NCBI GenBank assembly: GCA_965220745.1
Contig: CBDCQT010000013.1
Span: 608,001-672,000, forward strand
Origin: Alphaproteobacteria bacterium
GTDB taxonomy: Bacteria > Pseudomonadota > Alphaproteobacteria > UBA828
Direction: 5' to 3'
Length of the DNA: 64,000 bases
The number at the start of each line of letters is the position of its first letter. The first letter of the stretch is position 1. Both the position numbers and the translations under genes were made by a program. This document shows, piece by piece, positions 30,245-39,851 of the stretch. The notes below the pieces were generated by a model. That model made no database searches. It was not told where the DNA came from and worked only from the letters and a program-made list of their open reading frames with translations.

Positions 30245-31209
30245 TGGCCGGGATCCTCGTCGTCGCTGAGCACTTCGACGGTCTCCTGCGCGACGTCACG
30301 CTGGAGATGATCGGCGCTGCCGCCGAGATCAAGGACGGCCTCGGCGGCCCGCTCGCCGTCCTCGTCATCGGTCAGGATGCGAACAGCCTCGCCGCCGCCG
30401 CCAACCTGGAGGGAGTCGACGAGATCGTCACCGTCGCGCAGGCGGACGCGCATTTCGATCCCGCGCTCTATGAGGAAGCGGTTTGCGCCGTCGCCGAGGC
30501 GCGGCAGGTCCGGCTCGTCCTGATCGGCCACACCGCCGCCGGCATGGCTTTCGGGCCGGCGGTCGCCGCGCGGCTCGGCTCGGGCTTCGCGTCCGATGTC
30601 TTCGGACTCGCGCTCGACGGCGGCGAGCCCATCGCGACCCGCAGCGGTTACGGCGGCAAGGTCTCGATGGACCTGGCCTTCCCCGAGAAGCCCGTGATCG
30701 TGCTGACGCTTCGCGGCGCGACCTTCAAGGTGCCGGAGGCGGCAGGCGGTGCGAGCATCGTGCCTTTCGCGGTCGAGCTCGACGCCGTGCCCGGCGCCGG
30801 CCGCCACATCGACTATCTGCCGGCCCCGCCCGCCGACGTGGATATCGGCAAGGCGGAGTTCATTCTCTCGGTCGGCCGCGCCCTCGGCGAAGACAAGAAC
30901 CTGTCTCAGTTCGCGGCGCTTGCGGAGCGGCTCGGCGCCACCCTCGGTTGCTCGCGCCCGGTCGCAGACTCGGGCTGGCTGCCCAAGGCCCACCAGGTCG
31001 GCCAGTCGGGCACGATCGCTGGCAATTGCTCGCTCTATCTGGCCTTGGGTATCTCCGGCGCGGTCCAGCACTTGGCCGGCATGAAGCACGTGGACACCAT
31101 CATCGCGGTCAACACCGACCCGGAGGCGCCGATCTTCAACGTGGCCCACCACGGCGCCTGCGTGGATATCTTCGAGCTGGCCGAGGCCCTGGAGCGTGAG
31201 TTCAACTGA
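30244..31209 (+). CDS. etfA: Electron transfer flavoprotein alpha subunit
   Basis: GCSRPVADSGW, QVGQSG, LYLALGISGAVQHLAGMK, AVNTDPEAPIF. Confidence 0.93.
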   Translation: MAGILVVAEHFDGLLRDVTLEMIGAAAEIKDGLGGPLAVLVIGQDANSLAAAANLEGVDEIVTVAQADAHFDPALYEEAVCAVAEARQVRLVLIGHTAAGMAFGPAVAARLGSGFASDVFGLALDGGEPIATRSGYGGKVSMDLAFPEKPVIVLTLRGATFKVPEAAGGASIVPFAVELDAVPGAGRHIDYLPAPPADVDIGKAEFILSVGRALGEDKNLSQFAALAERLGATLGCSRPVADSGWLPKAHQVGQSGTIAGNCSLYLALGISGAVQHLAGMKHVDTIIAVNTDPEAPIFNVAHHGACVDIFELAEALEREFN

Positions 31210-31230
31210 TCCGCTGCCCCGCCTCTGCCC

Positions 31231-32357
31231 TCACTGCAGCGGCATCGAGCGTTCCAGCACGCGAATCCGGCTGAAGAGCTGGTCGCGGTCCACGTAGCAG
31301 CCCTGCAGGTGCCGCCGTCCGGTCGACGGATCGAAGGCGGCGCGCCCGTGCAGCACGCGGCGGTTATCGAAGATCAGGAGCTCGCCCGGGCTGAGCCGGT
31401 AGTGACACTCCAGAGCTGGGTCGCGAATCACCGCCCCGAAGGCGCGCAACGCGCGACAGAGTGCCCCCATCCGATTGGTCGGCGCCCGAACGGCTCCCAT
31501 CACGGCGAAGTTGAACCGCACTTCCGTAACCGCGCCGGCGTCATCCAGAGCAATGGCCGGTGCCCGGAAGCGAATGTCCGACTCGCTGTCCTGGAAGCGG
31601 AAGTCGATTGGCGTCCCACTGAGAAATCGGAAGGCGGCAGGGTCTTGCGAGCGCAGCGTCTCCGCCGCCCGAAAGCCGTCCACGAGGATCGAGTCGCCGC
31701 CCTCGGCGCCGTTCTCCAGGCAGTGCAACAACTGGTAGTCCGGCGGCCGCTCCCAGTTGGGGAGGTCGGTATGGCACAGCAGCCCGAGCGCCGTATAGGC
31801 GTTGCTGTTGGGCTCTTGCTTCGAGAGCACATCGAAATGTTCGCCGAAATTGGTCGCCCGTGCCGGACCAATGAGACCCGCGAGGCTGAGAACGCTGAGC
31901 GGCTCGCGCGGGGTGTTGCGTAGGACAGCCACTCCGTGGTCGCGCAGGAGGCGCAGCCAGTCCAGCAGCGCGTCGTCGCTGCTTGTAACCGCGTTGTAGT
32001 CCGCGCCCGGTATGGCTTGGGAAAGTTCAGCGCCCCACGTGGCAGGCACCGGACCGCATTGCGAGCCTTCGTCGGCGCCGCCGAGATGTCCCCTGAGCCA
32101 GTCCGAATCGTAGTCGCTGACATGGCCTTCGGGCAGCCACTGGACCCGGAGTCCGCCCGCGTCGGTGATCGAGACCGACTCGGCATCGAGATCGGCTGGC
32201 ACGGAAAGCGGATCGAAGATTCGTTCCAGGGTGTCCGGGTGCCGGCATTGCGGACAACGACAGTTGTCCCGCAACCAAAGGTGATGGAATGTCCCGGCGG
32301 CGCCGTCATTCCAGGTGACGCGAATGGAGCGCGCCTGCCGCCTTACGCTGCGGAGCC
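31231..32357 (-). CDS. Gamma-butyrobetaine hydroxylase / TauD-family 2OG-Fe(II) dioxygenase; no own start codon visible
   Basis: WLRDNCRCPQC Zn motif, HTDLP, LHCL, VDGF, FDNRRVLHGR, RHLQGCY. Confidence 0.85.
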
Positions 32358-33419
32358 TACGGCCTCCCGCACCATCTCGTGAAAGTAGAACACGCCGTTC
32401 TCGTGGAGCGGGCTGAGCGGGCCCGCTTCGTACACGCCGGCTTCTAGGTTCTCCTGAATGATCGGCGTGATCCATTGGTCCTCCTTCGAAACCTGGACGC
32501 CGTATTCCAGCGTCGCCTCGAAGTCCTCCATGCTGACCGAATCCGGCCGCCAGTAGTCGTAGACCAGGCGCGTCTGGCGCGGGCCGACCGGCTCCATCCG
32601 CATGAAGGAAAGCCCGTCCGGGTAGGAGTTGAACGCAAAATGAGGAAAACGCCAACCGAAAGCGCCGGGATGGTTCGAGCTCCCCTTTGTCGGAGCCTCG
32701 TGAAGGCTGCCGCCCTCGAAGTTGATGACCCTGTAGCGCTTCCAGTCCAGGTCACGATGCAATCCGGGGTGCAGCGGAGGGATGTGATAGCCCTCCTGGT
32801 AATTGTCGACGTAGGTTTTCCAGTTGCAGTCGACAATGAATTCCAGATGCCGCCCGAACTCGGCCCGCGCCGGCGCGGTCCGTTCCACCGCGTCCTCGAT
32901 CGGGCCGAGCCACTCGATGAGCGGCGGCGCCTCCGGGTCCAGGCATACGAAGACCTGGCCGCGCCAGACATCGACGGAGATGGGGAACAGGGAGAGCTCG
33001 TCCTTCGGGAAGTCCGGCGCCTCGCCGAACAGCGGCACATGATCGAGCGCGCCGTCTGACCGGTAGCGCCAGCCGTGATAGGGGCACTCGATGGTGCGGC
33101 ACTGCCCGCTCGGCTCGGTCAGCAGCTTCGACGCCCGGTGCCGGCATACGTTGTGGAAGCCGCGAAGCACGCCGTCTTCCGAGCGGCGCACGAAGAGCGG
33201 AATCTCAGCGGGAGCGGCCGTGATGTATTGTCCCGGCTCCGCCACGTCGCCCTCGCGCCCGATCCAAAGCCAATGGCGCGAGAAAATGCTCCGTCGCTCG
33301 ATCTGATAGATGTCGGGATCGGCGTACCAGCGCGCCGGCAGCGCCCACACGGTGGCCGCTTCCATCCGCTCGTTGATGCCACCAACGAGGTCGTTGGCCG
33401 ATCGTCCGGCAGACGCCAT
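32343..33419 (-). CDS. Rieske oxygenase alpha subunit (choline monooxygenase / carnitine oxygenase-like)
   Basis: NVCRHR...CPYHGW Rieske motif, NWKTYVDNYQEGYHIPPLHP mononuclear Fe site. Confidence 0.9.
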   Translation of the reverse strand: MASAGRSANDLVGGINERMEAATVWALPARWYADPDIYQIERRSIFSRHWLWIGREGDVAEPGQYITAAPAEIPLFVRRSEDGVLRGFHNVCRHRASKLLTEPSGQCRTIECPYHGWRYRSDGALDHVPLFGEAPDFPKDELSLFPISVDVWRGQVFVCLDPEAPPLIEWLGPIEDAVERTAPARAEFGRHLEFIVDCNWKTYVDNYQEGYHIPPLHPGLHRDLDWKRYRVINFEGGSLHEAPTKGSSNHPGAFGWRFPHFAFNSYPDGLSFMRMEPVGPRQTRLVYDYWRPDSVSMEDFEATLEYGVQVSKEDQWITPIIQENLEAGVYEAGPLSPLHENGVFYFHEMVREAVGSAA

Positions 33420-33454
33420 CGCACGCCCTCACCCTTCAGCCGCAGCGGCCGTCG

Positions 33455-34261
33455 TCACGTGTCGATCCGGTCGACTGCCCTACCTTCAGCGTCGAAGCAG
33501 GCTGCGGTCAAGGTGCCGCCGAATCCCGCGCCGCCATCCACCGTCGCCACGTAGCCGTCGAGGCTGACGCCCCCCTGCGACGGGTCGAAGCCCCGAATGA
33601 TCTTCTTGTATTCGGCGTAGGGCCGTGTGAGCTGCGCGAGCTGATCGGCGCCCCACCAGAAGGCGTCTCTCTGGGCATCGATCGGACGCGATGGATCGAG
33701 GCCCGAATTCACGAAGAGCAGCGCTCCATCGTCGGTGACGGCCGCCTGCCGCACGCTGGCGAGCAATTCCTGATGGCCCGGATACAGCTCCATCCTCGCT
33801 CGCACTTCGCCAAGCCAGCGCGCGATCTCCTGAGAGCCGTTGCCGATCCGCTCCTGCGCCTGGGCGGCCCCCCACCCATAGGCCGCGAGTGTTTGCTGCA
33901 CGCCCTGATTCATCATCCAGGTCAGCACGTCCGACGGCTCGACCGAGAGGTGTAGGCGAAACAGCTTCTGCCACATCTCCTCCTGGCTGCCGCGCAGGTA
34001 GGCCACGTCACAGACATTCATGTGCGGCACCGCGAGCAACGCGCTGCGGAAGGCCACCATCTCGTCGATGGTGGCGGCGACCTCGCGGCCGTGACCGAGG
34101 AAGTTGCCGAGATAGACGATGCGGTCGCCAACCTCGAAGCGCTCTTCGATGCCGGCGTGGAGCGCGGCCAGCCTGGACGCCTCGCCGTGGATGGCGCCGA
34201 CGGCCCAAATTCGCCCGCCGCTGCGGATCGTCACGAACCGTTCGTTGGTGGCGCAGCCCAC
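33455..34261 (-). CDS. Degenerate metallophosphoesterase-fold protein
   Basis: WAVGAIHGE, IVYLGNFLG, LRGSQEEM; metal ligands partly lost. Confidence 0.7.
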   Translation of the reverse strand: MGCATNERFVTIRSGGRIWAVGAIHGEASRLAALHAGIEERFEVGDRIVYLGNFLGHGREVAATIDEMVAFRSALLAVPHMNVCDVAYLRGSQEEMWQKLFRLHLSVEPSDVLTWMMNQGVQQTLAAYGWGAAQAQERIGNGSQEIARWLGEVRARMELYPGHQELLASVRQAAVTDDGALLFVNSGLDPSRPIDAQRDAFWWGADQLAQLTRPYAEYKKIIRGFDPSQGGVSLDGYVATVDGGAGFGGTLTAACFDAEGRAVDRIDT

Positions 34262-34282
34262 TTGTTGAGGGGAGGCCCGCTC

Positions 34283-35182
34283 CTACGCCGCGCGTAGGAC
34301 GTCCTCAAGCTTGTTCGCGGCCTGCTCGGTATCGGTATTGTCGACCGCTGCGAACTCCCGCGCCAGGCGATCCAGCGCCGCCTCGTACATCTGGCGCTCG
34401 CTGTAGCTCTGGTCCGGCTGGCCGACGTTGCGGTGCAGATCCCGCACGACCTCCGCGATCGAGACCGGATCGCCGGAGTTCAGCTTTGCTTCATACTCCT
34501 GCGCGCGCCGGCTCCACATGACGCGACGCTGGCGTGCTCGCCCCCGCAAGGTGGTGATCGCCGCATCCATGGTCTCTTTCGAGCTCAACCGGCGCATGCC
34601 GGCCGACTCTACCTTGTCGGTCGGGACCATGAGGGTCATCTTGTCCTTTTCGAAGGCCACGACGAACATCTGCAGGGTCTGTTCCGCGACCGCCCGTTCG
34701 TCGATGCCGGTGATCCGACCGACGCCGTGGGCCGGATAGACCACGTGATCGCCCACCGCAAATCCGTTGACCTCTGTCGGGGCCTTCTTCTTGCGCCGCG
34801 CTTCGGCGGCCGCACCTGCCTTAGCCGCGGGGACTGCCTTGTTGGCCCGCTTGGCCCTAGTCCCACCCTTGGCCTTGGTCTCTTTGGCGTCCTTGCCGTT
34901 CTTTGTAGTCTTGGCGGCCTTGGCGCTCTTCGCGCGCCCGGCCGCACCTGCCGGCTTCACCGTGTCCCCCTCCTGTGCCTCCGGCTGTTTCGCCTCCGGC
35001 CGGGCCGCGGGGCGCCGCGCGCCAGACGCAGCGCCGGCGGTCTTCTTGGTCGCAGTCCGAGTGCGCGCCGATGCCTTCGATCGCGCTGCTGTGCTCGGGG
35101 AGGAGGAAGACCGTTTGCGGGCCTTGGCGGTGGTCTGTTCTTTAGTGGAAGTCTTCGATCTCGACGGCGCCTTGCTGCTCAC
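34283..35182 (-). CDS. carD: CarD/CdnL-family RNAP-binding regulator with a long Lys/Ala-rich N-terminal extension
   Basis: F.VGDHVVYPAHGVG.I, MWSRRAQEYEAKLNSGD, QSYSERQMYEAALDRL. Confidence 0.9.
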   Translation of the reverse strand: MSSKAPSRSKTSTKEQTTAKARKRSSSSPSTAARSKASARTRTATKKTAGAASGARRPAARPEAKQPEAQEGDTVKPAGAAGRAKSAKAAKTTKNGKDAKETKAKGGTRAKRANKAVPAAKAGAAAEARRKKKAPTEVNGFAVGDHVVYPAHGVGRITGIDERAVAEQTLQMFVVAFEKDKMTLMVPTDKVESAGMRRLSSKETMDAAITTLRGRARQRRVMWSRRAQEYEAKLNSGDPVSIAEVVRDLHRNVGQPDQSYSERQMYEAALDRLAREFAAVDNTDTEQAANKLEDVLRAA

Positions 35183-35351
35183 TGTATCTCGAATTCCCTG
35201 TCCGATTGAGATAGGGCCGCTCTCGAGCGGCCCTACGCCAGCGGCGTTCGGTCAGCGTTCCGCCGCAGTCGGCCGGGCGCCGATCGCCCCGCCGCGTTGC
35301 ATTGCACAATACCAGAGTCGCGGTGCAATTTCCAGGGTTTGGCCCGCGCGC

Positions 35352-35696
35352 TTAATCCCCTTCGCCCGGCTTATCCGAAAAATACTTCTCGAACTTGCCC
35401 GATTCGTCCTTGTAATCGTCCGCGTCCCCCGGCGGCTCGCCTTTGCGCGTGATATTGGGCCAAATCTCGGCAAACTTTGTGTTGATCTCCAACCACTTCC
35501 CCTCATCGTCGTCGCCGGCGGTATCGGGAATAATGGCCTCGACCGGACACTCCGGCTCGCACACGCCGCAGTCGATGCACTCGTCCGGGTGGATCACCAA
35601 CATGTTCTCACCTTCATAGAAGCAATCCACCGGGCACACCTCGATGCAGTCCATGTACTTGCACCGAATGCAGGACTCGGTCACCAGATACGTCAT
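35352..35696 (-). CDS. fdxA: Ferredoxin (7Fe/8Fe FdxA type)
   Basis: [51 protein letters not shown]. Confidence 0.95.
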   Translation of the reverse strand: MTYLVTESCIRCKYMDCIEVCPVDCFYEGENMLVIHPDECIDCGVCEPECPVEAIIPDTAGDDDEGKWLEINTKFAEIWPNITRKGEPPGDADDYKDESGKFEKYFSDKPGEGD

Positions 35697-35744
35697 TCGC
35701 TTTGTGCTCCGTGCTTCGCTTGTGCGTGCGCCGCAGCCGGCTGA

Positions 35745-36224
35745 TCACGTGGCGGCCGCTCGTTCCGCTCCCTGTCCGACGCGGGCGAGGACACGTTTGC
35801 GCGCTTCCCCTCGTTCCCGGTCCGTGATGTGAAGCAAGCCGCCGATGCGGCGAATCAGATTGGCTTCGTATGCGTGAAGCCGACCATCAGCATAAACCAC
35901 CTCCCACAGCATCTCCATCACCGCGAGACGATCCGCGTGGTCGTAGCGATCGTTTATGGCCCGCGTGAAGCGGTGGAGATCGGTCGCCTCGTGGTGGGCG
36001 GCTTCGGCCTCCTCGATCAGAGTGCCGGCCTCGGCATCGTTAAGCCCGAAATGCGCGCCCAAGGCTGCACAAATCGCGTCGCGCTCGTCGCCGTCGAAGT
36101 GTCCGTCCATACACGCCGCCTCGACCAGCAGCGCCGCCGCCGCGAGCTTCGGCGCTTCGGCTGCCACCGGCTCGTCGCCGGTGGCGCCCGCACCGCTCAG
36201 GAGGATCTTGATCCTGTCAATCAC
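35745..36224 (-). CDS. TerB-family protein
   Basis: LAAAALLVEAA..DG, LWEVVYADG.L..YE.NLIRRI.GLL. Confidence 0.85.
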   Translation of the reverse strand: MIDRIKILLSGAGATGDEPVAAEAPKLAAAALLVEAACMDGHFDGDERDAICAALGAHFGLNDAEAGTLIEEAEAAHHEATDLHRFTRAINDRYDHADRLAVMEMLWEVVYADGRLHAYEANLIRRIGGLLHITDRERGEARKRVLARVGQGAERAAAT

Positions 36225-36296
36225 GGGCGCTGCGTATCATAACGGCGGCGACCGACTCAAGGGGTGCCCGGACGCCCCCGCCATATCAGATCTGTC

Positions 36297-36581
36297 CTAC
36301 TCCTGCTCGATTTCCTCGTAAAGTTTCCGCGCTTCGGGCGCAGGCCCGCGCCTTTCCGCCACTGCCAAGATGCGCACGATTTTCACCATTCTGCCTTGCG
36401 CGAAGGTCAGCACGTCGCCGGGACCGACAGTTCGGTGCGCCTTGGTAATGCGGCGGCCGTTGACGCGGATGCGCCCGGTTTCGCAGGCCTTCTGCGCAAG
36501 CCCCCGAGTCTTGAAAAAGCGCGCGTGCCAAAGCCACTTGTCCAGCCGGCTCGCGGCGAGGGCGGGAGCGTCGCGCGTCAC
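36297..36581 (-). CDS. hslR: S4-domain RNA-binding heat shock protein Hsp15
   Basis: RLDKWLWHARFFKTR, RRGPAPEARKLYE. Confidence 0.88.
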   Translation of the reverse strand: MTRDAPALAASRLDKWLWHARFFKTRGLAQKACETGRIRVNGRRITKAHRTVGPGDVLTFAQGRMVKIVRILAVAERRGPAPEARKLYEEIEQE

Positions 36582-39115
36582 GACGGGCGCGCGCCTCCGG
36601 TGGCAAGCTCGCTAAGCTTCGCAAAGGGAGAATCGGGGTCCACTCCCCTCCCCCTGCGGCGCGACTTCTCCGCCGGCCGGTGCGGTCGCGTGCTGCTCCG
36701 CCCATAGCGTGGCAGTCCGTCGGTACCGAGTCCCACCATCGTGTAGCCAAGGGCAGCAAGAACGTCGTCGAACTTCGCCCGCTTGCACGCGGCCAACTTG
36801 AGCATTCCAGAGTCGGTGGCGAATGGCTCCTTGCGTGCCGCCTTGCGCAGCCGCGCGGCGAGGCGCTCCACGATATCCGCGCGGAGCGCCTGGGCGCCCA
36901 GGGGAACCAGACCGAGCGCCGCGTAGCACGCGTCTGGCACGGCCGAGTCGCGGTCCATCGAGACCGCCGAGTCCGGTATGGGCGGCGGCGTGCCGGCACC
37001 GCTCCAGGCCCACCACAGCAGGCCGGCGCAGCGCGAGCGCGCCGGCTTCAGCATGGCGGGCACGAACACGCTGAGCGCGCCAAGCCGAACGCCGGCCTCG
37101 GCGAGGGCGCCCCGCCCCGCCTCATCCAGCGCAGCGATCTGGGGGCCAAGCGAGCGCCGGGGCACGCAGCCGAGCGCCTCGCTCAGTGCAAAGGCGATGC
37201 CGCGGGCCGAGCCGTCCAGCGCCGCCTCACGGAGCGATACCAGGGGCCTCGCGTCGCGCGCGATGCGCCGATCGAGCCACGACTGAAGGCGCCTGCGCAC
37301 GCGTTCCCGCTGCGCCGCGCTCAGATGATCCTCGCCGATCAGTGCAATCTGCGGCCGGAGCGGCGTGTCGCCCTGCCCGAGACGCGCAATTGATGCACCT
37401 TGCCAGGCGATCTCGCCCCAGCGGGGCGCGTCTTCCCGCCCCGCCTCAAGCCCGAGTGTGAACGCACCGTCGCTATCCGCTACCGCGGCCGCGACCCGTC
37501 GCGCCACTTCGCGCTCGACCACGCGGTTGGCGGCCGCGAGAATCTCTCGGCTGCGCTCGGCCTCCGTGTCCGGTCGAAAGCGGAAGCCGTCGAAAGCACC
37601 GGCCCGCTCCCCCTCCACCGTCACCGTGCCGCCTTCGCCGACAAGCGCGAACAGCGCCTCGTCTGCGCGCCTGCCGATACGGGCCATTCGCGCCCTCCGG
37701 TTGACGAAGAGCTCGGTCAGACGCGTATGGAGGGCATCGGAGAGCGCGTCCTCGAGCGAGCGGGTGCGCTGCTGCCAGCCGCGCGCGTCGTCCACCCAGT
37801 CGGCGCGGTGGGACACGTACGTCCAGGTCCGCACATGGCTGATCCGGGCGGTCAGCGTGTCGATGTCGCCCTCGGTGGGCGCCAGCCGCTCGATCGAGCG
37901 GCCGACCCAGTCCGGCGGCAGGCGCCCGCTTCCGACCAGGGAGAGGTAAATCCGCCGCACGAGGCCGACGTGATCCTCCGCCATGGTCTTGCGGAAATCG
38001 GGAATCTGGCAGACCTCCCAGAGGAGCGCGACACGATCCGCACCGGTCAGCGCCTCTGCGATCGCCGAATCGCGGGCCAACACGAGCAACGTGCGATGGT
38101 CGTCCGCATCGTGAGTGCGGCGGAGACCAGGCAGCGGCGGCGGCTTAGCCAGCGATTCCGCCAGTTCAGGCAGCGAGTCGAAGCAAAGCGCCGCGTTGCG
38201 CCAATAGGCCCGGCGCACCGGCGGAAACCGGTGATTTTCGACCGCCTGAACGAAGGAGGGCTCGAAGGGTTCGACACCCCCGGTCGTACCGAAGCTGCCG
38301 TCCCTGAGGTGGCGGCCGGCGCGGCCGGCGATCTGCGCGATCTCGGCTGACGTGAGCATCCGCGTCGTGCGGCCGTCGAACTTCTGATAAGCTGAGAACG
38401 CGACGTGATCCAGGTCTAGGTTGAGCCCCATGCCGATGGCATCGGTCGCGACCAGACTGTCCACCTCGCCTGCCTGGTAGAGCCCCACTTGCGCGTTGCG
38501 CGTGCGCGGGCTCAGTGCCCCAAGCACCACGGCACACCCGCCCCTGAGTCCGCGGATGCGCTCGGCAAGCGCGTAGACCGATTCGGTCGAGAAGGCGATG
38601 ACCGCGTTGCGGGGCGCGAGCCGCGCGAGTTTGCAGTGCCCCTCGTGCGCAAGCGTGGAGAGCCGGGGGCGGCTCGTGAACCGCGCTTCGGGGACGAGTG
38701 TGCGGATCAGCGGGCGCATGGTGTCCGCGCCGAGGAACATGGTCTCCGCCGTGCCGCGTGCGCGAAGGAGCCGGTCGGTGAAGACGTGGCCGCGCTCGCG
38801 GTCGCCCGCCAGTTGAATCTCGTCCACGCCGACAAACTCGACCTGCCTGTCAAGGGGCATCGACTCGACAGTGCAGACGAAGTAGCGGGGCTCCTCCGGG
38901 ATTCGCCGTTCTTCGCCCGTCACCAGGGCGACGGCTTGCTCCCCCTTCTCCTCGACCACCCGATCATAGACTTCGCGGGCGAGGAGGCGGAGCGGGAAGC
39001 CCATCATCCCGGTGCGATGGGCCAGCATGCGCTCGACCGCCAGATGGGTCTTGCCCGTGTTGGTCGGGCCGAGCAGCGCGGTGACAGAAGCGTTCTCGGC
39101 GTCGTGCCGAACCAT
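36578..39115 (-). CDS. SUV3-like SF2 helicase (MgpS-like)
   Basis: LGPTNTGKTH, VDEIQL, ATDAIGMGLN, QIAGRAGR. Confidence 0.9.
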   Translation of the reverse strand: MVRHDAENASVTALLGPTNTGKTHLAVERMLAHRTGMMGFPLRLLAREVYDRVVEEKGEQAVALVTGEERRIPEEPRYFVCTVESMPLDRQVEFVGVDEIQLAGDRERGHVFTDRLLRARGTAETMFLGADTMRPLIRTLVPEARFTSRPRLSTLAHEGHCKLARLAPRNAVIAFSTESVYALAERIRGLRGGCAVVLGALSPRTRNAQVGLYQAGEVDSLVATDAIGMGLNLDLDHVAFSAYQKFDGRTTRMLTSAEIAQIAGRAGRHLRDGSFGTTGGVEPFEPSFVQAVENHRFPPVRRAYWRNAALCFDSLPELAESLAKPPPLPGLRRTHDADDHRTLLVLARDSAIAEALTGADRVALLWEVCQIPDFRKTMAEDHVGLVRRIYLSLVGSGRLPPDWVGRSIERLAPTEGDIDTLTARISHVRTWTYVSHRADWVDDARGWQQRTRSLEDALSDALHTRLTELFVNRRARMARIGRRADEALFALVGEGGTVTVEGERAGAFDGFRFRPDTEAERSREILAAANRVVEREVARRVAAAVADSDGAFTLGLEAGREDAPRWGEIAWQGASIARLGQGDTPLRPQIALIGEDHLSAAQRERVRRRLQSWLDRRIARDARPLVSLREAALDGSARGIAFALSEALGCVPRRSLGPQIAALDEAGRGALAEAGVRLGALSVFVPAMLKPARSRCAGLLWWAWSGAGTPPPIPDSAVSMDRDSAVPDACYAALGLVPLGAQALRADIVERLAARLRKAARKEPFATDSGMLKLAACKRAKFDDVLAALGYTMVGLGTDGLPRYGRSSTRPHRPAEKSRRRGRGVDPDSPFAKLSELATGGARPS

Positions 39116-39267
39116 GGCAGAAAGTTTGGCGGTTCAGCCCGATTTGGCAACCCCATGAGCAGGCGCCATGGCGTTCCACACTTCGTAATCGCGGGTATGC
39201 CACGTCCCACAGATGGCTAGAATGATCGTGCGTGGAAAATACGTCTCGCTCATTGGGAGGTTATCGA

Positions 39268-39735
39268 ATGACTCGTCTTTGGAAGATTGGAGCCAGTGGC
39301 TTGGCGGCCGCGACCCTCGGTCTCGCTGTTGCAGCGTGCCAGCCGTATGAGATGGCTGCGACCACTCAAGACGCTGCAGTTCAAGATGCAACCGCTCCGG
39401 CCGGTACGATGACCGTCGCCGAAATCCAGGAGCTTATCGTGGGGAATACCGTCATCAGCGTTGAAGAAAAAAGAAATATCGATGCGGCGGAGTATTTCGC
39501 TTCCGATGGGACAGCGAAATTGAAGGCGAAGACGCCATTCGGGACTTTCAACTATGACGGAACATATTTCTTCGATGACCGTGGCCAATTCTGCACGAAT
39601 TACCCAGGCATTCCACTTGGCCCCAACGAATTTTGTAAGTACGTCACACCGCTCGGCGATGGCCGGTATGAACAGTCCGACGGCATCGTCATGGAACAGG
39701 TTCTCGAAGGCGAACAGCTCGACGATCTGGAATAG
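39268..39735 (+). CDS. Hypothetical lipoprotein
   Basis: GGAGG RBS, lipobox VAAC; lower GC than its neighbours. Confidence 0.7.
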   Translation: MTRLWKIGASGLAAATLGLAVAACQPYEMAATTQDAAVQDATAPAGTMTVAEIQELIVGNTVISVEEKRNIDAAEYFASDGTAKLKAKTPFGTFNYDGTYFFDDRGQFCTNYPGIPLGPNEFCKYVTPLGDGRYEQSDGIVMEQVLEGEQLDDLE

Positions 39736-39851
39736 GCCTTCGCTGCGCCTGCCCTCGTCGCTCGAACGAGCGAGCACGGGCTTGAACCGCCCGCAGGTTC
39801 GTCACATATAGCGCTCCGAATCGACGGCGGACGGGCGCATCGGAGGGGTTG

